From: Macrostomum lignano
Taxonomy: Eukaryota
Assembly (NCBI GenBank): GCA_002269645.1
Contig: NIVC01001052.1
Span: 124,001 to 188,000, forward strand
Length of the DNA stretch: 64,000 bases
Direction of reading: 5' to 3'
This document shows, piece after piece, positions 42,276 through 54,044 of the stretch. The translations under genes were made by a program, and so were the position numbers. The number at the start of each line of letters is the position of its first letter. The first letter of the stretch is position 1. Under the pieces are notes generated by a model. The model worked only from the letters and a program-made list of their open reading frames with translations. It was not told where the DNA came from and made no database searches.

Positions 42276-45200
42276 CCTCCGCAACTTTTCCCACCTCTAA
42301 CTCATCTTTTTAGCATGCTAAAACTGCTTGTAAGCCTTTGGCGACCGCGCAACACATGATACTTGCCGATATGTATCGTAATATTCTTTCTGCACTAACA
42401 AATCATCTGTGCCGCACTTTCAGCTTCACTCTTACTCTTTAATAAGGTATAGAAGGAAAGGAAAATTAAACAATCAATATTAAATTATATTCAAGTGAAA
42501 GAGAATTGAAAATACTAATAAATCCGTTCCTGCTAAAAAATTAAATATAAAAAAAACTTGGCCCACTTGGGATTCGAACCCGTGTTTAGGCCATTTACAA
42601 AGCAACTGCCTTCGGCCCCGATCCATCTCTTACTTAAGCGAAGCTCTACAGTGCACGCCGTTTATATCGAATATTCCCTATGGTAGCCACTTTTACGATT
42701 TTTGCTGCTTTTTCATACATTTCTGCTCGCTGCATCGCAGCGCCTTCATCTAAAAATGCGAGTCGCATGTCGTTACAGAGATAACATCAAGGCGCATTCA
42801 TCTAATGCATTTTTAAAGTATGTCAACAAATTTTACGCCTCCTAGGCGCCAAATTGTGCATTTTCACCTGTTCTGACAGGTATTCAAACAGGTATTAAGA
42901 CCTATTAACTTAAGAATCAGTTTTCAAAACTAATTTAGTTGCACAGTGCATCCATAGTGCTGTTTTTAGACACCAAAATTGAGTCTCTAGGCCTTGCCAA
43001 TGCAGAGTTATTAGCAAAAGTATGCTCAAAATTTGCCCAAAAATAGCCTTCTCAAAATTCGGAGCCAATTTTCTCAAAAATACGAATTTTCCAGCCATAT
43101 TGGCGTATGACCGGTGTAACTTCATCTATTCGACTAAACAATATTGAAAATGCAGAAAAATCGGTGCGCAAAATTTCTTATTTTTCCACTTCAAAGTTTG
43201 TACCCCAAAATGGGCCGTTTTTCACTTAACAGGTAAAAAGTACCTGTTAACAGGGGTTTTTTCAGGAGTGTCTTATGTCATTCAAAAGGGCATCCGATGG
43301 GCTACAATTTGACGCCATACTCGAAAAACTTTGCCCCATTTTAAAAAAATTTCCTTAACAACGTCTGATTTTCTGCAGTGCCCCCGGCCTCTTTTTTCCC
43401 TGGTTTTCGGGTCACTGCTCAGCACAGGTAGGTCCAAATGCTTAGAAAATTTAGGAAAACAAATTTCCATATGTTTGACACATCGTGTTAAAGTCTCACC
43501 ACTGTAGCATAAAACACTTTTTCAAGTTTGAGGACTACTTTTTTAAAACGTGACCCAATTTTTTGAAAATGTCGTTTTTAGGCACTCTTTGGCACCTGGG
43601 CAGGTTATTGATGGCCCAATAAGCCAAATCTCGATGTTTCCGAATAGAAGACATCTATTTGAGTAATTTGGTGTAGAAATATTAAAAAATAAAGTTTTTA
43701 ATCTCGACGAGATAGGCCTCACAAAAGTGCACTAAAAATTTGTACTTTTAAAGTGCAGATAGGCAGCCATGTGAAAAGTACATTTTAGCCCTAAAAACTA
43801 TAGCGCATCAAACAGCCCCAGGTGTTATTGACGCTATGAGGCAGCTCAAAGGCCGCGCTATCGCGCGTCCTTTTCGCTGCGGTGAGGCAAAGTTGGAAAA
43901 AATGCCAATTTTTCGACCTCAAAAAACACGTTTTTTGTACTTTTAGCCTAGACGTTAAAGTACAATAAAAAAATCCATTTCTGATCATTGTAGCGTTCGA
44001 ATGCCCGCGTTTACTGAGCCAGCCCGCTAAGCGCTGCCATATTCTCAATCCTTATTTTTTGAGATCAAAGTTTTTGACAAAGTCGAAAAAACGCAGTTTT
44101 TGGTTGCCATGGCAACCAAAACGCATTGCCATGGCAACCAACTATTGTGCATCCGATAGCGCTAGGTCTTTGACACATTTTGGCAAAAACCGTTTGTAAA
44201 TTGGTCGTACCGTTTTTTATTGGCAGCGTTTAAAAGTTGAAAAACGTCATTTTTAGTGTGTGCAACCACGTTACATCTTATCAGGGACGATTTCGCAAAA
44301 GTAAGCACCATAGAAAAAAATTCTCGCTTCGCTCGCCTTTTTTTCTATACTACTTACTGGCTCATCGTCCCACAACTAGTGATTGTATGATATAAATGCG
44401 TTGATTAAAAAGATTTTAAAAGGTTTTCCCCATTTTCTTCCCTAACCTCCCAGCTATCCCCTTGACAAATGACAATTCCTACACTCCCCTTTTTCTGTTG
44501 TGCCCTGAAGAATTGCTTCCCCATTGTTACTTTTTTAGGGTGCAATTGCAATATATTTTATGTGAATTTTATAAAACAAAATACTTGACTCTGCTATAGC
44601 TTTCTTATTGTCATGCTATCTATCATTTATCAAAGTATCTTAGCTGGAAAGACTGGGTGGTAATACATCCTACATTATTTGCTTCCCTGGTGGCAAAATT
44701 ATCATTTTGGAAACCTTCAATGTGAATGACATCATGGAATGATCAAGCTTCATAGCAGTAAAGTCTCTTGTCTCAATGTGAAATTTTTGAAAAAATATTA
44801 TAACTTGTTATGCAATTGCCTTATAGTGAATTGCAGTTTAACTTATAACTACTATTTTATCCCTATTTTATTTACCATATTTGTTGTGCTTCATTGTCTA
44901 ATTACTTTCAATACTAATTATTTCACACATTCATAGCAAGTATTTTCTAGCTCAGTCAATGATAGTGAAACAAAGGAACTATCTATTGATAAACTACACT
45001 TGGTAGGTCTAAGTAAATTAATAACATGTTCCTCAAAGCAAGCTTAATTGTATATTAGTGTTTCAGTTTCATGTATCCTAATATTATCTATGCCATCTTT
45101 GGCTTGCATTGTCTATTCAGTATAGAAACCAAGCAATGCTTTTTGTTGCCCTGCATGCTCAGATGCTAATGTTTCTCATTTGCAGCTTGCATTTGAGCAA

Positions 45201-46429
45201 TGCACTAACAATCTTTGTAACAATAAAACTAAATTTGCTAGAAAGTTGGGGGGAATGACAAAGAGGATAGGGGAGTAAGGGAAGGGCAAGGAGGATGGGG
45301 AAAGAGGGGAATGGTAGCCTAGGAAGTGTGGGAAGATTAGCAAAGAAGATGCATAAAGAAAAAAGAATAGAAAGAAAATAGAAAGATAGCAAGAAGAATA
45401 GAAGAGGAGAGGAATGGCTAGCAAGAATGATAGGGAAGAGGAATAGTAGGAAGGGTAGAAAAGAGAAATAGCAAAGAGAATGGGACCATAGTTTGGAACA
45501 GTTGATGTGTACCCAGGAAAAAATGACCGATTTTTTTGTGTATGCTGATGTACATGTACACTAAATACATTACTTTATGCAAAGCTTCAAATTGTCAATT
45601 TTGTAATGGTAAAGTTAAAAACAAAGAATAATTTTTATTTTTATATATTTGCCTAATTTTTCATATATATTAAGATAAAAAATTGTGAATTTTTGTAAAA
45701 ATATCAATTTGTTACCTTGTAAAAAAGGGAAATCAGTTTTGCATTAAATGGTTATCAAATTTTACAATTATAATACATAGACAACTATTGTGACTATTAT
45801 TGAAATATAATTTTCTACATTTTTAGTGTATGTCACATACCAAAATATTAAATATGTACACCAAATGGCAAAAGCCCAAACTCACTTTTTGTATGCCAAT
45901 ATATACGCCAAATTTTTTGGGTGTACCTTGGAAATTTCCAGCATACATGCCTTCTTCTGGACTATGGGAATGGGAGTAGAATGGCAAAGTCTAAGGATAG
46001 GTAAGAAAATGTTAGAATGTGGGAGAAGAGAAGAATGATAATAAATAAAGGTGGGAAAATGGCAGAAAAAGGGAATGAAAAAGAGTGGCATAGATCATAA
46101 ATAAAAGGAGAATAGTTATATAGAACAAGCTGTTGAAACCCGTGGATTTTGAACCCGGGGAATTCCAATCCCCGGAAATATTTGTGCATGTGCTTTGAGA
46201 TCTGAGGCCATACTCAAACAAAAACTTGTTAATAGTTAGTAGTATAGAGTAAACATAAAATGGAGTACATTCGTGTAAAATTAGGATTTGAGGCAAACAT
46301 TTGATATTGTTGGCTGGGGTAGTTGGCTGCGCAGAATGTCGGGCAATGTCTGTCTGACTCTAAAACATGTATTGGCAAACTCTGGCCTCTGCCTCTGACT
46401 CTCCCTACGTACCTTGGATCGATTGCAAT

Positions 46430-46707
46430 TTGTATCTTCTTTTCTGTTTCCTCTCTTCTCTCTCGTCCCTCGTCTCTCCTTTCTTCTCTTTCTCCTCTCC
46501 TCTCTCCCCCTTTTCTTTCGTCTCTTCCTTCTCCTCTCTACTCTTTATTATCTCTCTTTCCACTCAGCTCTTTTCTTGTTTTATCTCTCCTCTCTCCCCT
46601 CGTCTCTCGTCTCTTCCCTCACCTCTCTCGTCTGCTCTCTCATCTCTCCTTTCTCTTCTTTTATCTTTTCTCTCTTATCTCTTCTCGTTTCTCTCTGCTC
46701 TGCTCTG

Positions 46708-46762
<55 letters not shown>

Positions 46763-47890
46763 CCTCTTTCTCTCTCTTTTATCTCTCCTCTCCCATCTCT
46801 CTTCTCCTCTCTACTCTCTCCCCTCTTCATTCTCCTCTTTCCTCTTCTCTCTCCTCACTCCTTCTCTCTCCCTGTCTCTCCTCTCTCCTCTAGTCTCTGT
46901 AATCTCTTCCCTCTTCTCTCTCCTCTGTTCTCTCTACTCTCCCATCTCTCGTCTTTTTACCCTCATCTCTGCTCTCTCATCTGTCATCTTTACTCTCTTA
47001 TACGTTCTCTCACTTATCTCCTCTGTACTCTTCTCTTTCACCTCTTCTGACTCCTCTCTTTCCTTTTTCCTTTCTCCTCTTCTCTTCCCTCTTCTATACT
47101 GTCTCCCTCTCTTGCCTTCTCTCTTCTCTCTCTCCACTCTCTCCTCCTTTATCTCTCTCATCTCACTTCTCATCTCTCCTTCGTCTGATCACTCTCATCT
47201 TTGCTCTCTCATCCCCCTCGCTCTTCTGTCATCTTTACTCTCCTCTTTCCTGTGTACTCTTCTCTTTCCCCTCTTCTGACTCCTCTCTTTCCTTACTCCT
47301 CTTTTCTTTTCTCTTCCCTCTTCTGTACTCTCTCTCCTCTAGTATCTTCTCTCGTCTCTCTGCACTCTCCAGTCTCCTCTCACCTTTTTAATCTCTCATC
47401 TTTACTCTCTCATCTCTCCTTTTATTTGTCTCATCTCTACAATCTCATCTCTTTTCTCTCTCCTCCTCTTCCCTTTGCTCTCTCATCTCTCCTTTCTCCC
47501 CTATTCTTTCACCACTCTCTTATCTCTATCTCTTCTCTTCTCACTCCTCTCTCCCCCTCTTTTCTCCTCTCTTCTCTATCCTTTCTACTCTCTCCTCTCT
47601 AATCTCTCCTCTCCTCTTGACCCTCTGTCATCTTCTTTCTGCTCTCTCGTCTCTACTCTCTTCTCAATCTTCTCTACTCTCCTCTCTCATCGATCATCTG
47701 TCTCATCTCTCCCCTCTTCTCACCTTTACTCTTTCCTCTCCCTCCTTTCTCCCCTACTCTCGCTTCTTCCTCCCTTCTTCTTTGCTCTCTCCTCACCACT
47801 TGTATCTCCTCTTATCTTCCATGTTTTTTCTTACCCCTCTCGATCGCCTCTCCTTCCTCTCTTCTAATAGTCTATTCCTTCTCCTTTCCA
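46430..47890. repeat. ~1.45-kb polypyrimidine (CT-rich) low-complexity tract including (CT)n
   Basis: Almost only C/T on the + strand, with pure (CT)n at ~46715-46760. Confidence 0.97.
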
Positions 47891-48429
47891 CCGTTCCACT
47901 CTCATCTGGCCCGCACATAAGCTGGATTCTTTATCTGGCTTTTGAAGTAAAAGTCTACCGATCCCTGCTTCGAAAGCCAGTTTGTGGGACGTACTACTCT
48001 CATCGTTGTTCTCATGCTTTGATCATGTTATCTTTCTTGCCAATTTGCAGTCCTGAAAGGAATTTGTGTATCTTCAGCTCCACTGCAGTCTGCATCAGTC
48101 TAACAACCAAGGAAATACGCATTTCTTAGGAGGCCATTTAAATTTAAAAGTACCTTTAAGAGAAACTTAAAATTTTCATGGTGTGACTAATTTAGTAGGG
48201 TTCAATCGCATTGCATCGCCTTTTCATAAATCTTCCGCTTTTACAAACCAGCATGCTGGATTACCTTGATTTGCCAATTGCCATCCACTGTTAAACTGCT
48301 GCAGAGCTTGCCTATACAGAGGACAATGCTACTCACTAAGCTGTTATGGATGGCTAAACGTAGCCTCTCCACGGGGGTGCAGAGAAGGCTATAAAAAATG
48401 TATTCCAAAACACTGTACATTCGCTATGT

Positions 48430-49120
48430 ATTGTACATTGAGCCCTATCGCCTGACCCTTCGTCTGGGCTGGGGGAATGAGTGAGTTGAGCGCCACAAAC
48501 AACAGAAAAAGCAGACAAACTTCACATGCTTACAGTTTCTTTTTTGGTTGAGTTACAGAGTTGAAAATTTACATTTAGATAGAGAATGAGTCAATGAAGA
48601 ATTGTGTTAAGTTTGAAGTCAATCGCTTTACGTGGAGCAAACTTATGGCAGCTGAAAGTTAGTCAATTTTGAAACCCCTTTTACACATCTGGGCCCAGAT
48701 CGGGAAAGAGAGGCGGGCGGAGGTTGGGGTGGTTGCTACGCTGAAAAAAACAGCCTAATTTTAAAAGTGCACAGCACCGCTCAGGATTAACTTTGAGACT
48801 CGAAATTTTACATAATTGTGCCACAATAGTCGAAGATTGTTTGTGTCAAATTTGAAGAGAATCGGTAAAAGTGGAGCGGCGCTATGGAGGATTTAGTGAA
48901 AAATCGCGTATTTTGAGCAGTTTTTTGTACTTTTAGGTAGGAAGACATGAGTCTAGGAAATTTAAAGGTAGCCTAAGACATTCTCCGTAGTAAGTTTAGG
49001 GTGGGTGTAAAGTTTGGTGTCATTTGGTTGTGCGGTTTGGGAGTCCATAGCGAACGAAATTGTCCACACACAGACAGACACACACACAGACACACAGAGT
49101 TTTGATTTTTATAGGTAGAG
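48430..49120 (+). mobile_element. Probable non-autonomous Helitron/HINE-like element
   Basis: 5' hairpin-like AGCCC...GGGCT and a 3' (CA/CAGA)n microsatellite followed by TTTTATAGGTAGAGAT, an end pattern seen in such families. Confidence 0.4.
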
Positions 49121-49227
49121 ATAGGTAAAGGAAAAATGATAAGAAAGATAAGGGGATACAAGAAAGGCTAGCTATCCTTTCCTTAGATGGCTAACCTATT
49201 GCAATTTTTTATCTATAAGAAATTTCG

Positions 49228-49811
49228 CAACTACTGTTAGCGACAATTTGGATATACCAGCTAAGATGACCACAAGTTACAAGTGAAATTGCTAGTACCA
49301 TCATCAAGCAACAAGCTCAAATTAATAAATGAAGTATATAATAACCAATTTTTGCCAACTTGTTTTTGCCAGCAATATTTTGATAAATGCACCTTCAACT
49401 TCTAATAATAAGTACTAATAAACTAACTGTCTGATGTTAAATACTTTGTTATTTGCCAGCTCTACTGTTTTTATGCTGCCTAAAATAGCTAATTATTGTT
49501 TTTTCTTCCCATATAGAATATTTAGATATCCAATAGAAAGTTGGACATCTTTGATATGTAACTTTTTTGGTTGCAGGAATGTCCCTAATACATATCCAAT
49601 TTTTATGATCTTCTAAAGAAGCTTGTTTCTACAAAAATTGTGAACAGATAATACGTGTATTATTATTTTTTTATTCCACCATTTTTGTAGAAACAAGCTT
49701 CTTTTAGAGGATGATAAAATTGGATACATATCAATAAGGACGTTCTTACAACTAAAAAAATTATGCATCAGAGATGTCTAATTTTCTATTGGATATGTAA
49801 TTTTGCTATGT
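49228..49811. repeat. Repeat copy 1 with internal foldback (arms ~49511-49640 and ~49680-49811)
   Basis: GAAGCTTGTTTCTACAAAAAT / ATTTTTGTAGAAACAAGCTTC and ATATCCAATAGAAA / TTTCTATTGGATAT. Confidence 0.75.
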
Positions 49812-52800
49812 GGGCTTATTGCTTAAAATATATCAAAATTATTAATTATTAATTCATTTGTCTATGGTAATTTGTTGTAATTTAATGTCTTCAATGTGAT
49901 CTTTCTCTCATTCTTACTTACTACTGATGATATCTTATAGAGCCACTGAGCTAGATATTCTTCTTTCCTTTTTCAAAGAAATAAAGGTTTCTCTTCCATT
50001 TAGCAAATTGACTGCAAAAACTCAACTAGCATCTAATACACCATTTTCCATTCAATTTAAACAAAACTTGCATTCTATTTTAGCAAGCTGACATTCAATT
50101 TCATCATTCTATATTTAGACCCTACCTATTTCAACATAATTCCAATTTATTAAGGACCCAATAAATTTTATCAAGCAGCATTCAATTTTGGTAATCCTAT
50201 ATTTTATTTTGTATCAAAGTAAGAGCATTCATTTTGTCTATGGACAAAACTTGCTCTTGCATGCAGATTTCCTATTCAATTTTGGCATGCAGCATTCAAT
50301 TTCAATATAACATTTTGGTTGGTGCAATTTTTTAGTATATACTGTATCAATCTTCAGAAGCCCCTTTCAAGCTAAGAACAAATACTATAGCTGTTTGAGG
50401 CTTTCTATAGTATCCCTCTTTAAACTTAGTGCTCTCTTTTAAGTTTGCTTTTAGAAAACAATTTTGTTTAATATATGAGCATGCACTAAATTCATTTTGA
50501 AAAGATATTACTGTACAAAAAAGAAGAATGAGTCAGAATGACAAGGAAATGTTTGAAGAAGCAGGATATAAAAAAAAATTGGTGACAAAGATAATGATGT
50601 TGAACCTGGGGTCCATTATAAAAGAGTCCGATAGAGATAGAACCTACCTTCTTAATGTGCTTGAAAAAGGATAAGATTATGTCCATCTGGTATAAATTAT
50701 AAAGTTGCTTTTGCCTCTACTCTCATATTTTCATATTGAAAATGAATGCACCATATCAAAATTGAATAAGAAATCTGCATGTAAAAACAAGTTGGAATAC
50801 AAAAAGGTTTAAGCCTAGTTGCCTATATAATTCCCAACAATCTAAAGCCCAAAGGCAAAACCTTCTTGAACCCCTAGTCAGTCAGCCAATTAACTGTCTT
50901 AGAAATAGCTATAGATTTGCATTTTATTAAGCAGTGCTAAAATCAATGCATGTTAAACCAATTAATAAGCTCTACTCAACAATCTAAAAGACAATAGGCC
51001 TACTATAATATTTGACCTACCAATGAAGGTCAGATGAAAAGGCTTTCTAAATAAAAGGCAACAATTGTTGACCTAGTATAATATATCATATACCCTATGA
51101 ATATACCCTAGGCCTGGTATAATTCTATTGCTAGACTAGGTCCTAGGTTATCATGTGAATGTGCATTTAAATTGAGAGCTTATTTCCTATCCAGTGTATA
51201 AGTATATGTTCTACATTAAAAGTGGCAAATTAGGCCTACCTAGCTACAACCATATGTGAAGGCTTTAGCTTTGTAAGCCACAATGGTATTGGTAGATTAA
51301 GTTTATGGTTTTAGACTTTGATAAATGATCATAGTCACAAGTGGCAAAGCCATGAGTAATTACTAATCATTATTATATTCAAAAAAATAGAAATATATTA
51401 TTATAGACCTTATACACTATCATTTTTGGTTGATCATTAAGAAATACCATTAAGTCACACCATTAAGGAACAGCATTATTATTTTGTGCCATAGATATAC
51501 ATAGTAGGTTTAATAGGACACTAAGCTCTCTTGTGTCAGGAAGATAGCCTTTTTCATGGAAAATTCCAATGCAAGACAGTTAGACATACAACATGCCAGT
51601 GCATTCCAGCACAACAGCAGGCAAGGGAGAAAAATCTAGCACAGTACATTGCAAGACAAAAAATGGCACAATTTGGTACAAGACAAAAGCTTCCAATTAG
51701 ACAATATTTTCTCTGATAGAAAATTAGCATATAATTTCTTTTTATTAGCACTTTTGTTTGCCACAAATTGCTGGTGTATTGATACCTTTTTTAATTAATT
51801 TAATTAACAGGTCATTGGTCAGATTGTTGACCACATTCCATTTTGTCATATTGGATGATAAAGTGACCAGAAGCAAAGTAGCTTTGAAAAATAATATGAT
51901 GAAGTGACCAAATATTTTGTTATGCTGGATACTTTGTCATCAACCAATCAATCTATGAGATTTGAGTTAGTATAAAACTATTTTTTGTTTTTATTAACTA
52001 TAAGCATAGTAAGCAAAACCAATCAATCGAGAGGTTTTATCAATTGAGATGACAAAATGACTGGGATCATTAGGATTCCAAGTAAATATGTTTAATTGCC
52101 ATATTAATTCACTCGGAAGTTGGAACTAATATAATTGGTGGATAACAAAATGACTCTATTAAGGTAGTGCATGCTAATTAAGATGACAAACTGACCCTAG
52201 TCAAAGTGAGCACCCCAGACACCCCAGATGATGAAATGGCAGATGACAGAATGACTAGGAACCCATTTACATTGCATTTTCTATGAAACAGATTCAAATA
52301 CAAGTTTTACCAGTATTTTTCAAATGGAAAATTATTGATTTTTTGTTTTCTTTCAAAAAGTTGTGGTACACAGTGCAAGCAAACTTTTTTGATAAGAATA
52401 GTTCTGGCACATGGCCCAAACAAACTTTTTTAATAGGATTTATTCTGGCGAATGGCGCAATCAAACTTTTTTAATAGGATTCATTCTGGTGCAGGCATGC
52501 CATGATCCTGACTATGGCTCTTATGGAGTTTTAGACAAAGCCTAAAGACTAGTCTAAAGTCTGCAAGGAGAGAAGGTTGATAAATAGTCACTGACTGTCT
52601 TGTTTAAGTAATTAAAGAACTAGGCATAAGAAGTGACTAAGAGAAATAAAAAAAATTAAGTGAAAATGCTTTTAATCAACTGGAAGAATCTACCAGACAA
52701 TAGTTTAGATGGTGTCTTATTGGCTGAACTAAACTTTCTGAATAAACTAAGCTCTGTGAACTATAGTTCCAATAAAATTATAGAGAATATTATTAAATTT

Positions 52801-52859
52801 CTAACTACACTTGAGACTGCAGGCTGAAGTGTGATACTGATAAGACCCTAAAGAATTCT

Positions 52860-53305
52860 GCAACTACTATTGTATTAGCAACAATTTGGATATACCAACC
52901 AACTAAGATGACCACAAGTTACAAATGAAATTGCTAGTACCATCATCAAGTAGCAAGCTTAAATTAATATATGAAGTATATAATAGGCCTAGGCCCTAAC
53001 CAATGTTTGCCAACTAATATTTTGATGAATGCACCTTCAACTTCTAATAATAAGTACTAATAAAATAATTGTCTAATGCTAAATACTTTGTTATTTGTCA
53101 GCTTTATTGTTTTTATGCTGCTTAATATAGCTAATTATTGTTTTTTCTTCCTATATAGCAAAAATTACATATCCAATAGAAAGTTGGATATCTCCAATAT
53201 AACTTTTTGGTTGCAGGAATGTCCCTGATATATATCCATTTTATGATCTTCTAAAAGAAGCTTGTTTCTACAAAAATTGTGAATAGATAATATTTATATT
53301 ATTCA
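52860..53305. repeat. Repeat copy 2 (direct, diverged copy of 49228-49670)
   Basis: Shares GCAACTACT...CAATTTGGATATACC...CTAAGATGACCACAAGTTACAA through GCTTGTTTCTACAAAAATTGTGAA, with only one foldback arm. Confidence 0.8.
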
Positions 53306-53594
53306 TTTTTAGTTTGACCTTAAATATTTAGTTATAGGCCTAGACTATAATTTAACTAGGGCCTAGGACTAGAAATGGTCAACAAAATGAAAAAAATTAA
53401 ATTGTGGGTTGATGGTCATTTTGTCTGCTGCCAGTTTGTCTGGCCTTCTTTTGTCTACAAAAATACAAGGCAGTTGTTATTTGTCCAGTGACCGGACAAA
53501 TAGCCTTTTTGCTATTTGTCCGGTTAAATTGCTAACACAAGTATCATTTGTTTCACTAGGCCCTATTTGATTCACTATGATGTCATGCAAAACA

Positions 53595-53626
<32 letters not shown>

Positions 53627-54044
53627 AGTTGGCTCAGGCAAGAAGCCTGTTTGGCCAATATATTTCTATGTATTTAAGATTGCTTCAGGAATAGGAGACA
53701 ATATTTTAGCACTAGTTATTTAATTATGATTAGTACGAGTTTTGCAAAATGGTATTTGAAAGAACGCGGAAAAGTTATTAACGATACTTGGACGACTAAC
53801 GAAGCGAAAGAAAAAGCAAGGAGTTAAAAAAAGTATTGCAGTTAATAAAAGTAAAAACGAAAGAAAAATGAACAAAAACGAACTTCGAAGGGACTTTACG
53901 TTAAGCGAATGACGACGATTTAAATAGGTATTAGATAGGAAACTAATTAAATACTAATTAAGTGCTAATTAAGTAGGAAATTAAAAATGGGAAAGGCGGA
54001 TTTATTTCACTGCTGATATGTCTGTTTCAGTTTGCATAACTGTT

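Larger units (their letters stand above)
38167..44380 (-). mobile_element. Helentron/HINE (DINE-1)-like non-autonomous element carrying satellite arrays
   Basis: Subterminal inverted pair GTGGGACGATG (38199-38209) / CATCGTCCCAC (44363-44373). A stem-loop TGAAGACG-CTGT-CGTCTTCA (38176-38195) sits next to one copy. ACTAGT occurs at both ends. Confidence 0.6.

Noticed and set aside
46323-48129. Leu/Ser-rich membrane-like ORFs
   Set aside because: They are artefacts of the CT-rich tract.
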